Source: Vicinamibacterales bacterium (lineage in GTDB: Bacteria > Acidobacteriota > Vicinamibacteria > Vicinamibacterales > Vicinamibacteraceae). From it: a stretch of DNA of 64,000 nt. The position numbers and the translations under genes are program-made. Within the stretch, counting starts at the first letter, position 1. Each line of letters opens with the position of its first letter. Location: the NCBI GenBank assembly GCA_963721565.1, contig CAVRKP010000007.1, forward strand, positions 155,608-219,607, written 5' to 3'. This document shows, one piece after another, positions 31,474-41,648 of the stretch. The notes beneath the pieces were generated by a model that was not told the origin of the DNA, ran no database searches, and saw nothing but the letters and a program-made list of their open reading frames with translations.

Positions 31474-32060
31474 CGCTGTCGACCGACGTCCTGGCGATCG
31501 TCGCGGCCTACGCCCTGGGCTCGATCCCCGTCGCGCTGCTGGTCGTGCGCCGCGTCGCCCGCCTCGACGTCCGCCGCATCGGCAGCGGCAACGTCGGGGC
31601 CACCAACGCGCTGCGGGCGACGACGCCGGCCGTCGGCCTGCTCGTGGCGCTCGCCGATGCCGCCAAGGGCGCCGTCGCGGTGTGGCTGGCGCGGCGGACG
31701 CAGGCCAGCGACGGCGCCGTCGCGCTCGCCGCCGTCGCCTCGGTCGTCGGCCACGTCGCCCCGATCTGGCTGCGCTTCCGCGGCGGCAAGGGTGTGGCCA
31801 CGGCGAGCGGCGCCTTCGCCGTGCTGGCGCCCGTCGCCGCGCTGGCGGCCGTCACGGTCTTCGTCGCGGTGGTCTGGACGACGCGGCTCGTCTCGCTGGG
31901 CTCGCTGGCGGGCACGCTGGCGCTGGTCGGCGCGGCGGCGTGGCTGGAGCCGATGTTCGTCAAGGAAGCGGCGGCGGCCGTCGCCGCGGTGATCGTGCTG
32001 AAGCACCACGCCAACATCACGCGCCTGCGCGCGGGCACCGAACGCCCGCTGACGATCTGA
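31470..32060 (+). CDS. plsY: glycerol-3-phosphate acyltransferase PlsY; intact
   Basis: MTLSTDVLAIVAAYALGSIPVALLVVRRVARLDVRRIGSGNVGATNALR...DAAKGAVAVWLA...HVAPIWLRFRGGKGVATASG...LKHHANITRL. Confidence 0.9.
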   Translation: MTLSTDVLAIVAAYALGSIPVALLVVRRVARLDVRRIGSGNVGATNALRATTPAVGLLVALADAAKGAVAVWLARRTQASDGAVALAAVASVVGHVAPIWLRFRGGKGVATASGAFAVLAPVAALAAVTVFVAVVWTTRLVSLGSLAGTLALVGAAAWLEPMFVKEAAAAVAAVIVLKHHANITRLRAGTERPLTI

Positions 32061-32067
32061 CGGTCTG

Positions 32068-33081
32068 ATGTCCACGCACGCAATCGCCGTCCTCGGCGCT
32101 GGCAGTTGGGGCACCGCGCTGGCCGTGCACCTCGCCCGGCTCGGACACGACGTACGGCTGTGGGGCCGCGACGCGGCGCTGGTCGCTCGCCTGAACGCCG
32201 AGCGCGTCAACGCCGACTATCTGCCCGGCGTGACCCTCGAGACGGTGCGCGCGACCGCGTCGATCGCCGACGCCGTCGGCGGCGCCACGCTGGTCGTCGT
32301 CGCGGTGCCGTCGCAGGGACTGCGCGCGGTGGTGCACCAGGCCGTCGCCGTCGCGCCGTCCGCCGTGCCGTTCGTCAGCACGACCAAGGGGCTGGAGCAC
32401 GGCACGCTGTTCCGCATGTCCGAAGTGATCGCCGACGAAGCGGGCCCGTCGCGCCCGGTCGCGGTGCTGTCCGGTCCGACGTTCGCCGCCGAGGTCGCGG
32501 CCGGGCTGCCGACGGCGGTCGTCGTGGCGTCCGCGTCGGCCGAGGCCGCCTGGCTGGTCCAGAGCGAGTTCCGCGGCCCGTCGCTGCGGCTCTACGCCAC
32601 CGACGACGTCGCCGGTGTCGAGATCGGCGGAGCGCTGAAGAACGTGGTGGCGATCGCCGCCGGCGTCGTCGAGAGCCTCGGCCTCGGCCACAACGCCATG
32701 GCCGCGCTCATCACCCGCGGGCTGGTCGAGGTCTCGCGCCTGGCCACGGCGATGGGCGGCCGGCCGGACACGCTCGCCGGCCTGAGCGGGCTCGGCGATC
32801 TCGTGCTGACCTGCACCGGCCATCGCAGCCGCAACCGGCAGGTCGGCGTCGAGCTCGGCCGCGGCCGCACGCTCGACGAGGTGCTGCGCGGCCAGAAGAT
32901 GGTCGCGGAAGGCGTACGCACGGCCCAGGCCGCCCTCGAGCTCGGCGGGCGGCACGGCGTGGAGCTGCCGATCACGCAGCAGATGCAGGCGGTGATCGAG
33001 GGCCTGCGCACGCCGAAGGCGGCGCTGGCCGAATTGATGCTGCGGCCGCAGAAGAGCGAAGCCGACAGCCGCAGGAGCTGA
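32068..33081 (+). CDS. gpsA: NAD(P)H-dependent glycerol-3-phosphate dehydrogenase; intact
   Basis: 337 aa, IAVLGAGSWGTALAVHLARLGHDVRLWGRD...NADYLPGV...TKGLE...GALKNVVAIAAG...GLGDLVLTCTGHRSRNRQVGVELGRG. Confidence 0.95.
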   Translation: MSTHAIAVLGAGSWGTALAVHLARLGHDVRLWGRDAALVARLNAERVNADYLPGVTLETVRATASIADAVGGATLVVVAVPSQGLRAVVHQAVAVAPSAVPFVSTTKGLEHGTLFRMSEVIADEAGPSRPVAVLSGPTFAAEVAAGLPTAVVVASASAEAAWLVQSEFRGPSLRLYATDDVAGVEIGGALKNVVAIAAGVVESLGLGHNAMAALITRGLVEVSRLATAMGGRPDTLAGLSGLGDLVLTCTGHRSRNRQVGVELGRGRTLDEVLRGQKMVAEGVRTAQAALELGGRHGVELPITQQMQAVIEGLRTPKAALAELMLRPQKSEADSRRS

Positions 33082-33083
33082 AC

Positions 33084-33575
33084 ATGCGTCGCTTCGGCAC
33101 CGTCCTCGCGGAACGGCGACTCGCCGAGCAGACCACCGGCGCGGCCGTGCGCGTCACCATCGGCGTGCCACGACCGGGAACCAACGGCGCGGATTGGGAG
33201 TGCCCGTTCCGCATCCACGGAGCCGGCATCGCGCGCGTCGATTTCGGCTGCGGCGTCGACTCGATGCAGGCCCTCACGACCGCGCTGGACGGCATCCGCT
33301 ATTGGCTCGACGAGTCGGGCCTGGCGCTGGGGTGGAACCTGGGACGGAAGGCCATCCTCGACGGCGAGACCGGGTTCACGCGGTCGATCCCGATCACCTG
33401 GGCGCCCAGCGTCAGGAAGCGCATCGAGCGGCTCGTCGACCGCCAGATCCAGCATGAGGTTCAGCGTCTGGAGCGCCGGTCGACACGAGCGTCCGCGGCG
33501 AAGGCCCGGACGGCTCGGAAGGCCCCGGCCGCGGGTCAGCACCGCCCGGCCCGGAAAGGCCCGAAGGCCCGCTGA
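33084..33575 (+). CDS. hypothetical protein (compact N-terminal domain, Lys/Arg/Ala-rich tail); intact
   Basis: MRRFGTVLAERRLAEQTTGAAVRVTIGVPRPGTNGADWECPFRIHGAGIARVDFGCGVDSMQALTTALDGIRYWLDESGLALGWNLG... followed by RSTRASAAKARTARKAPAAGQHRPARKGPKAR. ATG lies 3 nt after the gpsA stop. I recognise no motif confidently. Confidence 0.5.
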   Translation: MRRFGTVLAERRLAEQTTGAAVRVTIGVPRPGTNGADWECPFRIHGAGIARVDFGCGVDSMQALTTALDGIRYWLDESGLALGWNLGRKAILDGETGFTRSIPITWAPSVRKRIERLVDRQIQHEVQRLERRSTRASAAKARTARKAPAAGQHRPARKGPKAR

Positions 33576-33587
33576 TATCATCGGGGC

Positions 33588-34517
33588 GTGGGTTTTTTCA
33601 CGCGCCTCGGGGACAGCCTCAAACGCACCAAAGACCAGCTCTTCCAGCGCTTCGAGGAGGTCGTCCAGCAGGCCGACGCGCCCGAGGCGCGGACCAAGAC
33701 CAGCGTCCCGATCGACACCCTCGACGATGCTCGAGGAGGTGCTGATCTCGGCCGACGTCGGCGTCGGCGCGACCAACGCCATCGTCCAGGCGGTCGGCGC
33801 CCGCGCCCGGCGCGGCGAGAGCCTGCGGTCGCTGGTCAAGGAGGAGATCACCCGGATCCTCGCAGCCGCCGAGCGGACGCCGCCCGACGTCGCGCCGCCG
33901 CGGGTCGTGATGATCGTCGGCGTCAACGGGACCGGCAAGACCACGACGGTGGGGAAGCTGGCGCGCGCGCTGAAGGCGCAGGGCAAGGATCCGCTGGTGT
34001 GCGCCGCCGACACCTTCCGCGCCGCCGCCGTCGAGCAGCTCGAAGTCTGGGCGCAGCGGGCCGGCGTCGACATGATCCGCGCCAAGAGCGGCTCCGATCC
34101 CGGCCGCCGTCGTCTTCGACGCGATTCAGGCCGGCCGCGCCCGCGGCCGCGATCCCATCCTGATCGACACCGCCGGCCGCCTGCACACGCGGGTCAACCT
34201 GATGGGCGAGCTGGAGAAGATCCGCCGCATCACCGCCCGCGAGATTCCCGGCGCGCCGCACGAGACGCTGCTGGTGCTCGACGCGACGGTGGGGCAGAAC
34301 GGCGTGACCCAGGCGCGCGAGTTCACCACCGCCGCCGGCGTCACCGGCGTCGTCCTCACCAAGCTCGATGGCACCGCCAAGGGCGGCGTCGCCGTCGCCA
34401 TCGCGCACGACCTCAAGCTCCCGATCCGGTGGGTCGGGCACCGGCGAGGGCATCGAGGATCTGGTGCCGTTCTCGATCGGCGAGTACGTCGATGCCCTGT
34501 TCGAGGCGCAATGGTGA
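33588..34517 (+). CDS. ftsY: signal recognition particle receptor FtsY, frameshifted (three +1 breaks: ~33725, ~34110, ~34440)
   Basis: [18 protein letters not shown]..., [106 protein letters not shown]. Stop at TGA 34515-34517. Confidence 0.88.
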
Positions 34518-34567
34518 GCGGCGCGTGGTGAGCCGCCGGTGGTGAGCGGCCCGTGGTGACGGCGCTG
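34512..34567. repeat. tandem 14-bp repeat, 4 units (TGGTGAGCGGCGCG / TGGTGAGCCGCCGG / TGGTGAGCGGCCCG / TGGTGACGGCGCTG)
   Basis: Read directly from the sequence. It fills the whole ftsY-ribD junction: unit 1 contains the ftsY stop, and the ribD GTG starts span the unit 3/4 boundary. TGA occurs at 34515, 34529 and 34543, that is in all three frames. Confidence 0.85.
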
Positions 34568-35649
34568 GACGACGCGCACATGGCGACCGCGCTGGCGCTC
34601 GCGGCGCGCGGCCGCGGCCGCACCAGCCCCAACCCGATGGTCGGCGCGGTCATCGTCGACGACGCCGGCGTCGTCGTCGGCACCGGCTTCCACGAGCGGG
34701 CGGGCGAGGCGCACGCGGAAGTGCACGCGCTGCGGGCCGCCGCGGCCCGGGCCCGCGGGGCGACGCTCTACTGCACGCTCGAGCCGTGCAGCCACACCGG
34801 CCGGACCGGGCCCGTGCGCGGTCGCCGTGGCCGAGGCCGGCATCCGCCGCGTCGTCGCCGCGATGCAGGATCCGTATCACGAGGTCGCCGGCCGCGGCCT
34901 GGCCTACCTGCGCGATCGCGGCGTCGAGGTCGAGGTCGGCGTGCGCGAGGCCGAGGCGCGGCGGCTCAACGAAGTGTTCGTGACCAACGTCCTGGCGCAG
35001 CGGCCGTTCGTCATCGTGAAGATCGCGATGAGCCTCGATGGCGCGGTCGCCGCGGCGCCGGGCGCCCGGACGGCGGTGAGCGGCGCGGCGTCGCAGCGGC
35101 ACGCGCAGCGCGTGCGCGCCGAGGTCGCGGCCATCGGCATCGGCTCGGGCACGCTGGTGGCCGACGATCCCGTGCTGACCGCGCGGGACGTGTGGCGGGC
35201 GCGGCCGCTGATCCGCGTCGTCTTCGATCGCCGGCTGCGCATGTCGCCCGAGGCCCGCCTGTGCGGCACGATCGACCACGGTCCGATCCTGGTCGTCACG
35301 ACCCGCGCCGCGGTGACCGCGCACGGCGATCGGGCCCGCGCGCTGGCCGGCCGCGGCGTGACGATCCTCGCCCGCGACGACGACTCGCTGGCGCCGGCGG
35401 TCGCGGACCTGCTCGGGCACGGCGTCACCTCGCTGCTTGCTCGAGGGCGGACCGGCGCTGCACGCCGCGGCGTGGACGGCCGGCCTCGTCGATCGCGTCC
35501 GCTGCTATGTGTCACCGGTGGCGCTGGGGCCGGCTCGTGTCCCCTGGGCCATGCCGCCGTCCTTCGGGCTCGTCGCCCTGGGCCCCACCCGCGCCGAGCC
35601 GCTCGGCGACGACGTTCTGATCGAAGCCGATGTTCACCGGACTCATTGA
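34553..35649 (+). CDS. ribD: bifunctional riboflavin biosynthesis deaminase/reductase RibD, frameshifted (two +1 breaks: ~34815, ~35440)
   Basis: MATALALAARGRGRTSPNPMVGAVIVDD..GFHERAGEAHAEVHAL..ATLYCTLEPCSHTGRTGPC, then AVAEAGIRRVVAAMQDP...VTNVLAQRPFVIVKIAMSLDG, and the tail LEGGPALHAAAWTAGLVDRVRCYVSPVALG. Confidence 0.88.
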
Positions 35650-36244
35650 AGGCACCGGCACGGTGCGCGCCATCGCCAGCCAGGCGGATGGCGCCGTGCT
35701 CGAACTCGACACCACGCTGGGGCCCGAGCTGGGCCTCGGGGACAGCCTCGCCACCAACGGCGTCTGCCTGACGGTCATCCGCCGGGAAGGACCGCACGTG
35801 GTCATGGACGTCTCGCCCGAGACCCTCCGGGTGACCGCCCTCGGCCAGCTGGTGCCGGGCCGGCCGGTCAACCTGGAACGGCCGCTGCGGGCCGACGGCC
35901 GCCTCGGGGGCCACGTCGTCCAGGGCCACGTCGACGGCGTCGGGGCCCTGATCTCGATCACCGACGAGGGCGAGTTCCGCCGCGTCCGCATCGGGTTTCC
36001 GGCCGATTTGGCGGCCTGGATGATCGTCAAGGGGTCGATCGCCGTCGACGGCATCAGCCTGACCATCGCCGCGCTGGACGACGAGTGGTTCGAGGTCCAG
36101 ATCATCCCGCACACCTGGGCGCACACGACCCTGGCCGCGGCCCGGGTCGGAGACGCCCTCAACCTCGAGTGCGACCTTGTGGGAAAATACGTCGTCCGCC
36201 TGGCGATGCTCGAACGCCGGGGCCGGCTCCCGCAGACCTTATGA
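35630..36244 (+). CDS. ribE: riboflavin synthase (alpha chain); intact
   Basis: MFTGLIEGTGTV...GDSLATNGVCLTV...NLERPLRADGRLGGHVVQGHVDGVG...KGSIAVDGISLTI...IPHTWAHTTL. Confidence 0.93.
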   Translation: MFTGLIEGTGTVRAIASQADGAVLELDTTLGPELGLGDSLATNGVCLTVIRREGPHVVMDVSPETLRVTALGQLVPGRPVNLERPLRADGRLGGHVVQGHVDGVGALISITDEGEFRRVRIGFPADLAAWMIVKGSIAVDGISLTIAALDDEWFEVQIIPHTWAHTTLAAARVGDALNLECDLVGKYVVRLAMLERRGRLPQTL

Positions 36245-37602
36245 AAACCAAGTCGCCGTCGTCGAAGCGGGGATCCCCGTCCAAGCCGAAGCCTGCCGCG
36301 GCCGCGAAAGGGCTCGCCGCGTCGAAGCCGGCGAAGGGGCTGGCCGCGCCGACGCCGCACGGCAGCCACGCGGCGAAGGCGGGCCCGCGGCCGGTCCGCC
36401 GCCCGCCGTTCTCGTCCATCGACGACGCGCTCGTCGCGATCCGCGCCGGCGGCATGATCGTCGTCGTCGACGACGAGGAGCGCGAGAACGAGGGCGACCT
36501 GACGATGGCCGCGGAGCGGGTGACCCCCGAGGCCGTCAATTTCATGATCACGCACGCCCGCGGCATGCTGTGCCTGTCGATGACCCCGGAGCGGCTCGAC
36601 GAGCTCGAGATTCCGCTGGCGGTCACCGACAACTCGTCGCGCCGCGGCACGCCGATGTGCGTCCCGATCGACGTCCGGACGGTCACGACCGGGGTCTCGG
36701 CGCCGGAGCGGGCGGCGACGATCCGGGCCGCGGTCGACCCCGCCACCACGCCGCGCGACATCGTCAAGCCGGGTCACGTGATCCCGCTGCGGGCCCGCGA
36801 TGGCGGCACCCTCGTCCGCGCCGGCCACACCGAGGCGGCGGTCGATCTGGCGCGGATCGCCGGCCTGGCGCCGGCCGGCGTCATCTGTGAAATCACCAAG
36901 AAGGACGGGACGATGGCGCGGGTGCCGGACCTGCTGGCCTTCGCCCGCAAGCACAAGCTGCCGATCATCACCATCGCCGACCTGATCCGCTACCGCATGC
37001 GGACCGAGCGGATGGTGACCAAGGTCGCGACGGCGCGCATGCCGACCGTGCACGGCGAGTTCACGGTGCACGCCTACGAGAGCCAGCTCGATGGCGAGAC
37101 CCACGTGGCGCTGGTCCGGGGCGACCTCGGCTCGGGCGAGAAGGTCCTGCTCCGGGTCCACTCGAAGTGCCTGACCGGCGACGTCTTCCACTCCGCGCGC
37201 TGCGACTGCGGCGAGCAGCTCCATACCGCGATGGAGCGCATCGCCCGGGAAGGGCGCGGCGTCCTGCTCTACCTGAACCAGGAGGGCCGGGGCATCGGCC
37301 TGGCCAACAAGATCAGGGCCTACGAGCTGCAGGACCAGGGGCTGGACACCGTCGAGGCGAACGAGAAGCTCGGCTTCCAGCCGGACCAGCGGGATTACGG
37401 CATCGGGGCCCAGATCCTGCGCCACCTGGGCATCCGGTCGATGCGGCTCCTGACGAACAATCCGCGAAAGTTCGTCGGCCTCGAGGGCTACGGCCTGTCG
37501 GTGGTCGAGTCCGTCCCCATCGAGATCGAGCCGTCCGAGCACACCCGGGGCTACCTGAAGACGAAGAAGGACAAGCTCGGGCACAAGCTCTCGGTGGTGT
37601 AG
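36241..37602 (+). CDS. ribBA: bifunctional 3,4-dihydroxy-2-butanone-4-phosphate synthase / GTP cyclohydrolase II, with a ~52-aa Lys/Pro/Ala-rich N-terminal extension; intact
   Basis: ATG 36241 overlaps the ribE stop (ATGA) and is the only in-frame start upstream of the conserved core FSSIDDALVAIRAGGMIVVVDDEERENEGDL. Later motifs are RAGHTEAAVDLARIAG, VHSKCLTGDVFHSARCDCGEQL and YLNQEGRGIGLANKIRAYELQDQGLDTVEAN. Confidence 0.95.
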   Translation: MKTKSPSSKRGSPSKPKPAAAAKGLAASKPAKGLAAPTPHGSHAAKAGPRPVRRPPFSSIDDALVAIRAGGMIVVVDDEERENEGDLTMAAERVTPEAVNFMITHARGMLCLSMTPERLDELEIPLAVTDNSSRRGTPMCVPIDVRTVTTGVSAPERAATIRAAVDPATTPRDIVKPGHVIPLRARDGGTLVRAGHTEAAVDLARIAGLAPAGVICEITKKDGTMARVPDLLAFARKHKLPIITIADLIRYRMRTERMVTKVATARMPTVHGEFTVHAYESQLDGETHVALVRGDLGSGEKVLLRVHSKCLTGDVFHSARCDCGEQLHTAMERIAREGRGVLLYLNQEGRGIGLANKIRAYELQDQGLDTVEANEKLGFQPDQRDYGIGAQILRHLGIRSMRLLTNNPRKFVGLEGYGLSVVESVPIEIEPSEHTRGYLKTKKDKLGHKLSVV

Positions 37603-37640
37603 GGCGGGGGCTCCGCCTCCCGCCCGGGCCACCCTGCCTC

Positions 37641-37700
37641 GGCGTCCTTGGGAGTCGGGAGCGGAGTGCCTTGGCAGGGGTTGCTTGGTTGCTTGGACGT
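37641..37700. repeat. TTGG-rich intergenic element related to the heptad arrays at 17766-17886
   Basis: CCTTGGGAG TCGGGAG CGGAGTGCCTTGGCAG GGGTTGC TTGGTTGC TTGGACG. It contains the 15-mer GGAGTGCCTTGGCAG (37663-37677), identical to 17853-17867. The composition is atypical for this GC-rich DNA. A 15-mer match alone is not statistically decisive. Confidence 0.35.
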
Positions 37701-37702
37701 TT

Positions 37703-37723
37703 CGGCGGCGGCCGCCGCCGTTT
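37703..37723 (+). terminator. perfect GC palindrome followed by TTT downstream of ribBA (terminator candidate)
   Basis: CGGCGGCGGCCGCCGCCG (18-nt perfect palindrome) followed by TTTGACC, 100 nt after the ribBA stop and 88 nt before ffh. Confidence 0.35.
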
Positions 37724-37810
37724 GACCGGGGCGCCTAAGCGCTGCTAGGATAACCGTTTGCGCCAGTGCGCCCCGGTGTCCGCAAGGCACCGGCCGCGGG
37801 CCGTACGGTC

Positions 37811-39181
<1,371 letters not shown>

Positions 39182-39230
39182 GCGCGGTCGTGTCCTTCGG
39201 AAGGAACCCCCGCTCGTTGAGAAGGAAACA

Positions 39231-39503
39231 ATGGTTACTATTCGCATGACTCGTGTGGGCTCGAAGAAGCGTCCCTTCTTCCGCATCGTGGTGGTCGAGG
39301 GCCGCAGCGCCCGTGACGGGGCCGTGACCGAGAGCCTGGGGCTCTACGATCCGCGCCGCAAGCCGGAGTTCTTCCAGCTCGATCGCGAGCGGTTCGCGCA
39401 CTGGGTGTCCAAGGGCGCCAAGCCGTCGAGCACGCTGAAGACGCTGGTCTCGCGCAATCCGGCTGCGCCCGCCGTCGAGGCTGCCGCGCCGGCGGCGTCG
39501 TGA
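39231..39503 (+). CDS. rpsP: 30S ribosomal protein S16; intact
   Basis: MVTIRMTRVGSKKRPFFRIVVVEGRSARDGAVTESLGLYDP. Confidence 0.97.
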   Translation: MVTIRMTRVGSKKRPFFRIVVVEGRSARDGAVTESLGLYDPRRKPEFFQLDRERFAHWVSKGAKPSSTLKTLVSRNPAAPAVEAAAPAAS

Positions 39504-39763
39504 GCGACACGCCGGGCACGCCGGACCTGGCGGCGCTCGTCACGGTCATCGGCCGCGCCTTGGCGGACGAGCCCGAACTGGTGCACGCCACCGAGGCGCA
39601 GCACCGGGGCATCGCCGTCGTCGAGCTGTTCATGGCGCCGGGCGACATCGGCCGCGTGATCGGCCGCCAGGGCCGCACCGCGCAGGCGGTGCGCGGCCTG
39701 GTGTCGCTGGCGGCGGAGAAGACCGGCGCCAAGGCGCAGGTCGAGTTCCGCGAGCGCCGGTAG
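39500..39763 (+). CDS. KH-domain RNA-binding protein (UPF0109/YlqC-like); intact
   Basis: Has the GxxG KH motif context GDIGRVIGRQGRTAQAVRGLV. It occupies the conserved position between rpsP and rimM, and its start overlaps the rpsP stop. Confidence 0.85.
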   Translation: MSDTPGTPDLAALVTVIGRALADEPELVHATEAQHRGIAVVELFMAPGDIGRVIGRQGRTAQAVRGLVSLAAEKTGAKAQVEFRERR

Positions 39764-39778
39764 CGGCGGGGCGGGCAC

Positions 39779-40399
39779 GTGGCAGGCACGAACGCGGCGG
39801 CGCCGGACGATCTGGTCCAGGTCGGGCTGATCGAAAAGCCGCACGGCCTGCGCGGTGAGGTGGTGGTGAAGCCCCTGACCGACTTCGGCGACGAGCGCTT
39901 CGTGCCGGGCGCGACGTTGACGACGGCTCGTGCGGGGCAGACGCCGGACGGATCGACGGTGCTGCGGATCGTGGACGTCCGCTGGCACAAGGATCGCCCG
40001 CTGGTGCTCTTCGAGGGCGTCGAGTCGGTCGAGGCGGCCGGGCTGCTGCGCGGCCAGGGGTTGTGGATCGCGGCGTCGTCGCGGCCGGCGCTCGAGCCGG
40101 GGCTGTTCTACGAGACGGATCTCGTCGGCTGCCGGGTCGAGACGGCGGACGGTCCGGGCGGGCCGGGCGCGCCGCTGGGCGTGGTGCACCGCGTCGAGGG
40201 TGTGTCGGGGGCGTCGATTCTCGTCATCGACACGCCGCAGGGCGAGGTGCTGGTGCCGCTCGCCCACGACATCTGCCGGGTCATCGACCCGGCGGCGAGG
40301 CGGATCGTGATCGATCCGCCAGCGGGGTTGCTCGAGCTGAACGCGCCCTCGGCGACGCCGCGGGCGGAGAAGCGCGGGAAGCGGCGGCCGCCAGGGTAG
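39779..40399 (+). CDS. rimM: 16S rRNA processing protein RimM; intact
   Basis: LVQVGLIEKPHGLRGEVVVKPLTDF...LFEGVESVEAAGLLRGQGLWI...FYETDLVGCRVE...LVPLAHDICRVIDPAARRIVIDPPAGL. Confidence 0.9.
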   Translation: MAGTNAAAPDDLVQVGLIEKPHGLRGEVVVKPLTDFGDERFVPGATLTTARAGQTPDGSTVLRIVDVRWHKDRPLVLFEGVESVEAAGLLRGQGLWIAASSRPALEPGLFYETDLVGCRVETADGPGGPGAPLGVVHRVEGVSGASILVIDTPQGEVLVPLAHDICRVIDPAARRIVIDPPAGLLELNAPSATPRAEKRGKRRPPG

Positions 40400-40446
40400 G
40401 CGGGGTGGCCGCAGCGGGAACGGCGAACGGCGGGGAAGGGCGGACG

Positions 40447-41243
40447 ATGGTCAGGCGCGTCGACATCGTCACGATCTTCCCGGAGATGGTCCGGGGCTTC
40501 GTCGCGCGAGGGCATCGTGGCCCGGGCGGTCGAGCGCGGCGTCGTCGACCTGATGGTGCACGACCTGCGCGATTTCACGACGGACCGGCACCGCGTCGTG
40601 GACGACTCGCCGTTCGGCGGTGGGCCCGGGATGGTGCTGAAGCCGGAGCCGTTCTTCCGGGCGATGGCCCACATCCGGGCGACGCGCGGGGAGCCGTCGG
40701 CGGTGATCGTGCCGAGCCCGCAGGGGCGGCCGTTCACCCACGACGAGGCGGTCGGGTGGAGCCGCATGGAGCACATCGTGCGTGCTGTGCGGGCGGTACG
40801 AGGGCATCGACGAGCGCGTGGTCGAGGCCCTGGCGACCGACGAGATTTCGATCGGCGACTACGTGCTGTCGGGCGGCGAGCTCGCGGCGATGGTGGTGGC
40901 CGACGCGGTGATCCGGCAGGTGCCGGGAGTCGTGGGTGATGCCCGATCGGTCAGCGAGGATTCCTTCGCGCGGCCGTGGCTGGATCATCCCCACTACACC
41001 CGCCCGGCCGAGTGGGAAGGACGGCGGGTGCCGGACGTGCTGCTCTCGGGGCATCACGCGCAGGTGGCCCGCTGGCGGTTGCGGACGGCGCTCGAGCGGA
41101 CGCTCGATCGCCGGCCCGATCTGCTCGAGGGGCCTGGCTTCCCGGGGGAGGCCGGCGCCGACGCCGAGCGGACGTTGCGCGAGATCAGGGCCGAGCGGCA
41201 GGGCAGCCGGTCCGAGCGGCAGGAAGGAAAGCAGGAGTCATGA
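40447..41243 (+). CDS. trmD: tRNA (guanine37-N1)-methyltransferase TrmD, frameshifted (two +1 breaks: ~40505, ~40780)
   Basis: [20 protein letters not shown] / [48 protein letters not shown] / [44 protein letters not shown]...[12 protein letters not shown]. Confidence 0.9.
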
Positions 41244-41590
41244 ATCTCATCGAAGACATGGTGGAAAAGGCGCAGCTCGTCGTGCGTCCAGCGATGAAGT
41301 CGGGCGATACGGTCCGCGTTCACGTGAAGGTGCGCGAGGGCGACAAGGAGCGCATCCAGGTGTACGAGGGCATGGTCATCGGCATGCACCGCGGCGGCGT
41401 CCGGGCGTCCTTCACGGTGCGCAAGGTGTCGTTCGGCCAGGGTGTCGAGCGCATCTTCCCGCTCCACTCGCCGACCATCGACAAGGTCGAGGTCATCCGC
41501 TCGGCCCAGGTCCGTCGCGCCAAGCTGAACTTCCTGCGAGCCCTGCGCGGCAAGGCGGCCCGCATGAAGGAACAGAAGCGCACGGTCTGA
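41240..41590 (+). CDS. rplS: 50S ribosomal protein L19; intact
   Basis: [13 protein letters not shown]...[69 protein letters not shown] overlaps the trmD stop. Confidence 0.97.
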   Translation: MNLIEDMVEKAQLVVRPAMKSGDTVRVHVKVREGDKERIQVYEGMVIGMHRGGVRASFTVRKVSFGQGVERIFPLHSPTIDKVEVIRSAQVRRAKLNFLRALRGKAARMKEQKRTV

Positions 41591-41648
41591 TCCGGCCGCC
41601 GCGACCAGGTCGGTCTCGTTCAGGACCAGGTCAGCCGGCACGGGGATC

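Noticed and set aside
29580-31475. In-frame read-through that would fuse the RDD protein to PgpA (no stop before 29665) and CinA to PlsY (no stop before 31470).
   Set aside because: In both cases a TGA in the +1 frame overlaps the downstream ATG (ATGA at 29620-29623 and 31470-31473), the coupling pattern used throughout this window. A further +1 frame break upstream explains the apparent fusions better than real fusion proteins do.
34518-34552. An FMN riboswitch upstream of ribD and a TPP riboswitch upstream of thiE (44558).
   Set aside because: The ftsY-ribD gap is about 35 nt and is fully occupied by the 14-bp repeats. thiE starts by GTGA overlap with the preceding ORF. Neither leaves room for a >100-nt aptamer, and I saw no conserved riboswitch core sequences.
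34512-34567. The 14-bp tandem repeat as a possible CRISPR array.
   Set aside because: The units are directly adjacent with no spacers, are far shorter than CRISPR repeats, number only four, and there are no cas genes in the window.
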